Shown piece by piece: positions 54,032 to 58,444 of a stretch of DNA of 58,444 nt. Made by a program: the position numbers and the translations under genes. The first letter of the stretch is position 1. The number at the start of each line of letters is the position of its first letter. Source of the stretch: Candidatus Uhrbacteria bacterium. Its GTDB lineage: Bacteria; Patescibacteriota; Patescibacteriia; SG8-24. Under the pieces are notes generated by a model, which was given only the letters and a program-made list of their open reading frames with translations, did not search any database and was not told where the DNA came from. The stretch lies in NCBI GenBank assembly GCA_016929435.1, contig JAFGIV010000014.1, positions 1 through 58,444 of the forward strand, given 5' to 3'.

Positions 54032-55201
54032 ATGAACACGACACTTAGGACCGAAATCACCGTCAAGGAAATCTGCGAAGGTTTTGTCTATAACGAACTG
54101 GAGGGCAAGGGGCTGTTCGGCCTGTCCGGCAGGCTGACCATCCAGCCGGAATACCAGCGCAACTACATCTACGCCTCTGACGGCGGGAAAATGGAGGCGG
54201 CGGTCATCGAATCGATCCTCAAGGGCTACCCCCTTGGGCTGATTTACTTCAATAAGGTCGGTGACGATCGGTTTGAGGTCCTGGACGGCCAGCAGCGCAT
54301 CACCAGCGTCGGACGTTTTTTGACCGATAAGTTTGCCGTCAAGGACGAGAACGGCATGGAGCAGTATTTCAGCGGTATGGCCGAAGACAAGAAGAAAAGG
54401 GTATTGGAGACCAAGCTGCTCGTCTACGAATGCGAGGGGAAGGAAAGTGAGATTAAGGATTGGTTCAGGACGATCAACATTGCCGGCGTGCCGCTCAACA
54501 GTCAGGAGCTGCTGAACGCCGTGTATTCCGGGCCGTTCGTGACGCTCGCCAAGGAGGAGTTCAGCAACAGCCAGAACGCCAACATCCAGAAATGGAGCGC
54601 CTATATCTCCGGTACCGCCAATCGGCAGGATTTCCTGGAACGGGCCCTTGATTGGGTCAGCAAAGGCAGCATCGGCGACTATATGAGCCGTCATCGTCTT
54701 GACACGGGCATCAAGGAGCTGAAGACCTACTTCAACAGCGTAATCGATTGGGTCTCGGGCGTGTTTACTGGCGTAGAGAGCGAGATGCGCGGGCTGGAGT
54801 GGGGGAGGCTGTATGAGGAGCACCACAAGAAGGCCTACGATCCGGCCGAGGTGTCGGCGGCGGTGCGCAAACTCTATAGTGACCCCTACATCAAGAATCG
54901 TAAGGGCGTTTTCGAGTATATTCTTGGCGGCTTGAAGGACACTAAGCTGCTCAATGTTCGGGTTTTTGATGATGTGACCAAGAGCACGGTGTATGAAAGA
55001 CAAACTGCTGACGCTCAGGAGAAAGGCAAGTCAAATTGTCCCCTCTGTGCCGAAGGACACGACGCCAACAAGACCAAGATATGGAAACTTGCCGAAATGG
55101 ACGCTGATCACGTGACGGCCTGGAGCAGGGGAGGTGCAACTGAGGCCAAGAATTGCCAGATGTTGTGCAAAACCCATAACCGGGTGAAGGGGAATCGATA
55201 G
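54032..55201 (+). CDS. DUF262 (GmrSD-like N-terminal) + HNH endonuclease
   Basis: [13 protein letters not shown]; C-terminal CPLC...DADH...[10 protein letters not shown]. Confidence 0.92.
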   Translation: MNTTLRTEITVKEICEGFVYNELEGKGLFGLSGRLTIQPEYQRNYIYASDGGKMEAAVIESILKGYPLGLIYFNKVGDDRFEVLDGQQRITSVGRFLTDKFAVKDENGMEQYFSGMAEDKKKRVLETKLLVYECEGKESEIKDWFRTINIAGVPLNSQELLNAVYSGPFVTLAKEEFSNSQNANIQKWSAYISGTANRQDFLERALDWVSKGSIGDYMSRHRLDTGIKELKTYFNSVIDWVSGVFTGVESEMRGLEWGRLYEEHHKKAYDPAEVSAAVRKLYSDPYIKNRKGVFEYILGGLKDTKLLNVRVFDDVTKSTVYERQTADAQEKGKSNCPLCAEGHDANKTKIWKLAEMDADHVTAWSRGGATEAKNCQMLCKTHNRVKGNR

Positions 55202-55279
55202 GAAATTATCCTGACAAACGGTCGCTGAAAGTGAAAGTCGTCCGAAACGATCGGGCGCAGGGAATTAACGGCAAAAAAC

Positions 55280-55873
55280 ATGAGATTCATCCGCAATGTC
55301 GATTGGGAAGAGGTCTTCAACGGCTGGCGCAGCCGGGAGGCCTGGAACCCGGGTTGGGTGGAGTGCGCCACCAAGGTGAAGGGATGGCCGGATTGGGAAT
55401 CCTGGCGTAGGCACACGGCTTCGCAGATGCGGGCCGCGGAGCGGGACTGGAAGGTCTATGGGCTGGATGACCCGATGCGGGAGGTGCCGGAGATGCTGGT
55501 CGGTCCGTATTCCGGCTGGCAGGATCGGGTGGTTCAGGCCGGTGCCGAACGGAACCGGACGACCTTCGCGGATTTTTTGGATAGCGGGGAGCAGCGGGAT
55601 TTTTTCTCCGGTCATGACGGCGTGCGGAAAATCATGGGCGGCTTGCCGTTCGCCACGGAATTCATCGGCCTTATCCGGGGCGATACCGGGCAGGTCGTCT
55701 GCATCGACGGCAATCACCGGGCCACGGCCATCTCCTTGACCGCAAAACTTGGGCGGCCGGTCGATTTTACCGGGATCCCGGTTACCTTTGCCCTGACCGA
55801 AATGTCCGTTGAGGGATGTCGGGAGATGGACAGTATCCTGGAGCGGGGGACATCGAGATCGCCGAAACCCTGA
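55280..55873 (+). CDS. Hypothetical protein with a ParB/Srx-like DGNHR motif
   Basis: VVCIDGNHRATA; Trp-rich N-terminus. Confidence 0.55.
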   Translation: MRFIRNVDWEEVFNGWRSREAWNPGWVECATKVKGWPDWESWRRHTASQMRAAERDWKVYGLDDPMREVPEMLVGPYSGWQDRVVQAGAERNRTTFADFLDSGEQRDFFSGHDGVRKIMGGLPFATEFIGLIRGDTGQVVCIDGNHRATAISLTAKLGRPVDFTGIPVTFALTEMSVEGCREMDSILERGTSRSPKP

Positions 55874-56041
55874 ACGGTCCGCAAGCGGGATTGCGGCTGG
55901 CGGGAAAGGGGCCGAGTCCGGATCCTTCCCGTCTTTTTCTTTGCGGTTTAGCCTGACCGTCGGATCCCACCGTTTCCCGTTTCCTTGTCCCCGCCGTCTT
56001 TCTGCTGTAAAATTACCCCGTAAGCAATACCGGGGAAAATT

Positions 56042-56311
56042 ATGCTGGGGATGGTTTTTCGCATCATCGGCGGGACGGTCATCGCGACGGTCGGGTCCCT
56101 CCTGGTCATAAAGACCGAGAGGATCATCGAACAGGTCGGCACTAACAGCTGGGCCGAAAGCAAGTTCGGGAGTTACGGCGGCACGCGGTTCATGTGGAAG
56201 ATGATCGGGCTGTTCGCCGTGTTCATCGGGTTCGTGGTGATGACCAACATGACCGAGGGGTTTCTTATGGCCACGGTCGGCAAGCTGCTGATCCCCAAAC
56301 AACCGCTTTGA
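56042..56311 (+). CDS. Small membrane protein
   Basis: Two hydrophobic helices around a G..E.KFGS.GG segment. Confidence 0.7.
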   Translation: MLGMVFRIIGGTVIATVGSLLVIKTERIIEQVGTNSWAESKFGSYGGTRFMWKMIGLFAVFIGFVVMTNMTEGFLMATVGKLLIPKQPL

Positions 56312-56315
56312 GCCT

Positions 56316-56870
56316 ATGGCATACATACCGACAGGAAGGGAAATGATCGACCCGTTCCGGGCATTGGAGTCGGCCGGGATTAGGGTCGGAATGAGGGTGG
56401 CCGATTTCGGGTGCGGCACCCTGGGGCACTATGTCTTTCCGGCGGCGCAACTGGTCGGCCAGGACGGGAAGGTCTATGCCGTGGATATCCTGAAATCGGT
56501 CCTGGGCGGCATTGAAGGCCGGGCCAAGATGGAACGGGCCACCAACGTCGAGGCTGTTTGGGGGGACATCGAACGGGATAGGGGGGTGCGGCTGGGGGAC
56601 TCTTCCCTGGACATGGTCATCCTGGCCAACAACCTGTTCATGTCCAGGCACAGGTCCGGGATGATGGGGGAGATTGCCCGGGTCCTCAAGCCGAACGGGC
56701 GGCTGGCGATCATCGAATGGAAACCGACCGGGTTGACCATCGGGCCGGACCGGAAGGATTTGGTGCCTTCGGACGAGGCCCGTCGGTTGGCCGAGTCCGC
56801 GGGTCTGGTACAGGTCGGGGAATTCGATCCCGGACGGTTCCATTACGGATTGATTTTCGCCAAAAGATAG
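56316..56870 (+). CDS. Class I SAM-dependent methyltransferase
   Basis: VADFGCG.LG, VYAVDI, RVLKPNGRL.IIEW. Confidence 0.9.
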   Translation: MAYIPTGREMIDPFRALESAGIRVGMRVADFGCGTLGHYVFPAAQLVGQDGKVYAVDILKSVLGGIEGRAKMERATNVEAVWGDIERDRGVRLGDSSLDMVILANNLFMSRHRSGMMGEIARVLKPNGRLAIIEWKPTGLTIGPDRKDLVPSDEARRLAESAGLVQVGEFDPGRFHYGLIFAKR

Positions 56871-56882
56871 GGAATTTGCCTT

Positions 56883-57371
56883 TTGTCGGCAATTCGGATA
56901 ACATTTGGTTTCACGGAGTCAAACATCATTTTTTTTGCTATGCCTTTTCTTGCCGGCTTCGCTGCGTTTTTGGACTACAGGTATTGGATAAATACCCGTC
57001 CGGTTCCCTTGGGGCCGTCCTTGGTCAGCGGTTTCCTGCTGTTTTTCTGTTGGTTTTTGGCGGCAGCCCTGGTCCTTTTTCTCCTTTACCGCCTCTACCG
57101 GAAAGGTGACGGCCTGAGGGCCGGAATTTTTCGGCGGTTCGCCGGCATCCTGACCAATGTCGGGCTGATCGGCCTGCTGATCCTGTTTTTTGCCTACGAA
57201 CAGGCCCCTGTCCTGGGCATGCGCCTCTGGTTTTTGGTGTTGGTGGCCTATTTCCTGGTTCGTCTGGGACAGTTGGTCGTTTACGTCATTCGTGACTATC
57301 CGCGGCGAAAGGCGATTATTGCCGAACGCCGGCGGATAAGGAAATATCTTCCGGGATCCAAGGGAAAGTGA
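56883..57371 (+). CDS. Hypothetical membrane protein (about 4 TM); start uncertain
   Basis: Hydrophobic ORF ending KYLPGSKGK, in the same run of genes as its neighbours. Confidence 0.65.
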   Translation: MSAIRITFGFTESNIIFFAMPFLAGFAAFLDYRYWINTRPVPLGPSLVSGFLLFFCWFLAAALVLFLLYRLYRKGDGLRAGIFRRFAGILTNVGLIGLLILFFAYEQAPVLGMRLWFLVLVAYFLVRLGQLVVYVIRDYPRRKAIIAERRRIRKYLPGSKGK

Positions 57372-57741
57372 AAGGAGAAAGGCTCTCGGCCGGGACGGGG
57401 AGGCGGTGGCCGAGCGGTTTCTTGTTGGATGCGGTTTCCGGATCATGGCCAGGGGATGGCGGCCGACAGGGTGGAAAAGGGGGGAGATCGATCTCATCGC
57501 CGAAAGGGGCGGGGAGATCGTTTTTGTTGAGGTGAAGACCAGGCTAGGCGGGATATACGGGCGGCCGGAGGAGGCCGTGGATTGGCGGAAACAGCGCCAG
57601 CTCTGCTTTTTGGCCTGGTCCTGGATGGGGGAGAACCGCATGAATGAGCGGCCGTACCGGATCGATGTCATTGCCGTGACCTGGGACCGCGGCCAACCGG
57701 TGGTCCGCCATCTGGTCAATGCCGTCGAGGCGGCGTGGTGA
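57368..57741 (+). CDS. yraN: YraN-family endonuclease; 5' end apparently frameshifted
   Basis: GEIDLIA..FVEVKTR, RIDVIAV; the conserved LG..GE N-terminus lies upstream of the only in-frame start (57406). Confidence 0.8.
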
Positions 57742-57872
57742 GTGCCTTGCCAACCTCCGAAAAACCTGCTATATTGAAGGCATCAAGGCTGGTTCTAAAA
57801 AGAATCAGCCTGTTTTTTATCCAAAACGGCGCCTTAGGCGCCTGCATAACAACTTACAGAAAGGAAAAACCT

Positions 57873-58444
57873 ATGTCATCGCCCATCTACCAGGCCATCA
57901 AGCAGCTTAGCGACGAGAAGAACATCTCCGTCGAATCGGTCGTGGAGACCATTGAGGCAGCCTTAGCCGCTGCCTACCGGAAGGATTTCGGGGAAAAAAA
58001 CCAGAACGTTCGCGTCAGTTTCGACCCGGAAACCGGCGGTTTTGAGGTTTTTGACGTTAAGACGGTCGTGGAGGACATGGAACTTTTGGGGGACATGGAG
58101 GAGGGCAGTGAGGCCCCGGTTGCCGTCAGGCCGCTCGTTGAGGCCAGCCTTTCCGCCCTTTCGGGGGATTCCTCAAGGTTGGTAACGGTTGACGAGAAGG
58201 GGGAAGTGGTTCCCAGGGAAGAGGGTGACCAGCCCGCCGTTTCCGGTGATGGGCCGGTGCCGGAGGGGATGGGGGAGGGGGAGGAACCGAGGCGTTTCAA
58301 CCCCAAGACCGAGGTGATGGTCAGCGTGGCCCGGGAAACCATGAAGCCAGAGGCCGCCAAAATGTTTGATAAAATGATCATTCTGGATATCGGAGGTTAT
58401 ATGATTTATTATGGCAATCCGGTGGAAGGTATTATGTATTTTAA
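57873..58444 (+). CDS. nusA: Transcription factor NusA, 5' fragment (runs off the window; last ~85 nt atypical)
   Basis: AIKQLSDEKNIS...IEAALAAAYRKDFG..QNVRV.FD, FNPKTE. Confidence 0.85.
   Translation, partial: MSSPIYQAIKQLSDEKNISVESVVETIEAALAAAYRKDFGEKNQNVRVSFDPETGGFEVFDVKTVVEDMELLGDMEEGSEAPVAVRPLVEASLSALSGDSSRLVTVDEKGEVVPREEGDQPAVSGDGPVPEGMGEGEEPRRFNPKTEVMVSVARETMKPEAAKMFDKMIILDIGGYMIYYGNPVEGIMYF

Overview
58.4-kb window of a GC-rich bacterial chromosome using genetic code 11. Gene content points to Patescibacteria/CPR (inference): a pilin-rich type IV pilus locus, ComEC split into two genes, short ProRS, IF2 and TruB, tRNA-Ile(UAU), tRNA-Arg(UCG), and extended -10 promoters with very short leaders. 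Left to right: (1) a lower-GC island at the 3' end of tRNA-Arg (1-5025) with an aldo/keto reductase, a peptidase E and a coupled operon of radical SAM + truncated AlaRS paralog + nucleotidyltransferase-like protein. An identical 64-nt leader in inverted orientation precedes the two outer genes, and a candidate structured RNA lies just outside the right copy. (2) A histidine kinase, two receiver proteins and a ~17-kb pilus cluster including a 1353-aa propeller-bearing pilin and a PilM fusion. (3) Housekeeping genes: proS, HU, ymdB, rny with a 6S-like RNA upstream, truB, infB, trxA/B, leuS, ndk, dusB. (4) A DUF559 nuclease gene inside 37-bp inverted repeats between the two comEC genes; the 18-bp palindromic core of these repeats occurs six times in the window. 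(5) A defence islet at tRNA-Val: HEPN protein, EcoRI-family methylase, RhuM, DUF262-HNH. (6) A nusA 5' fragment whose last ~85 nt look foreign or chimeric. Five tRNAs; no rRNA, CRISPR array or integrase seen. All assignments come from motif recognition by eye, not database searches.
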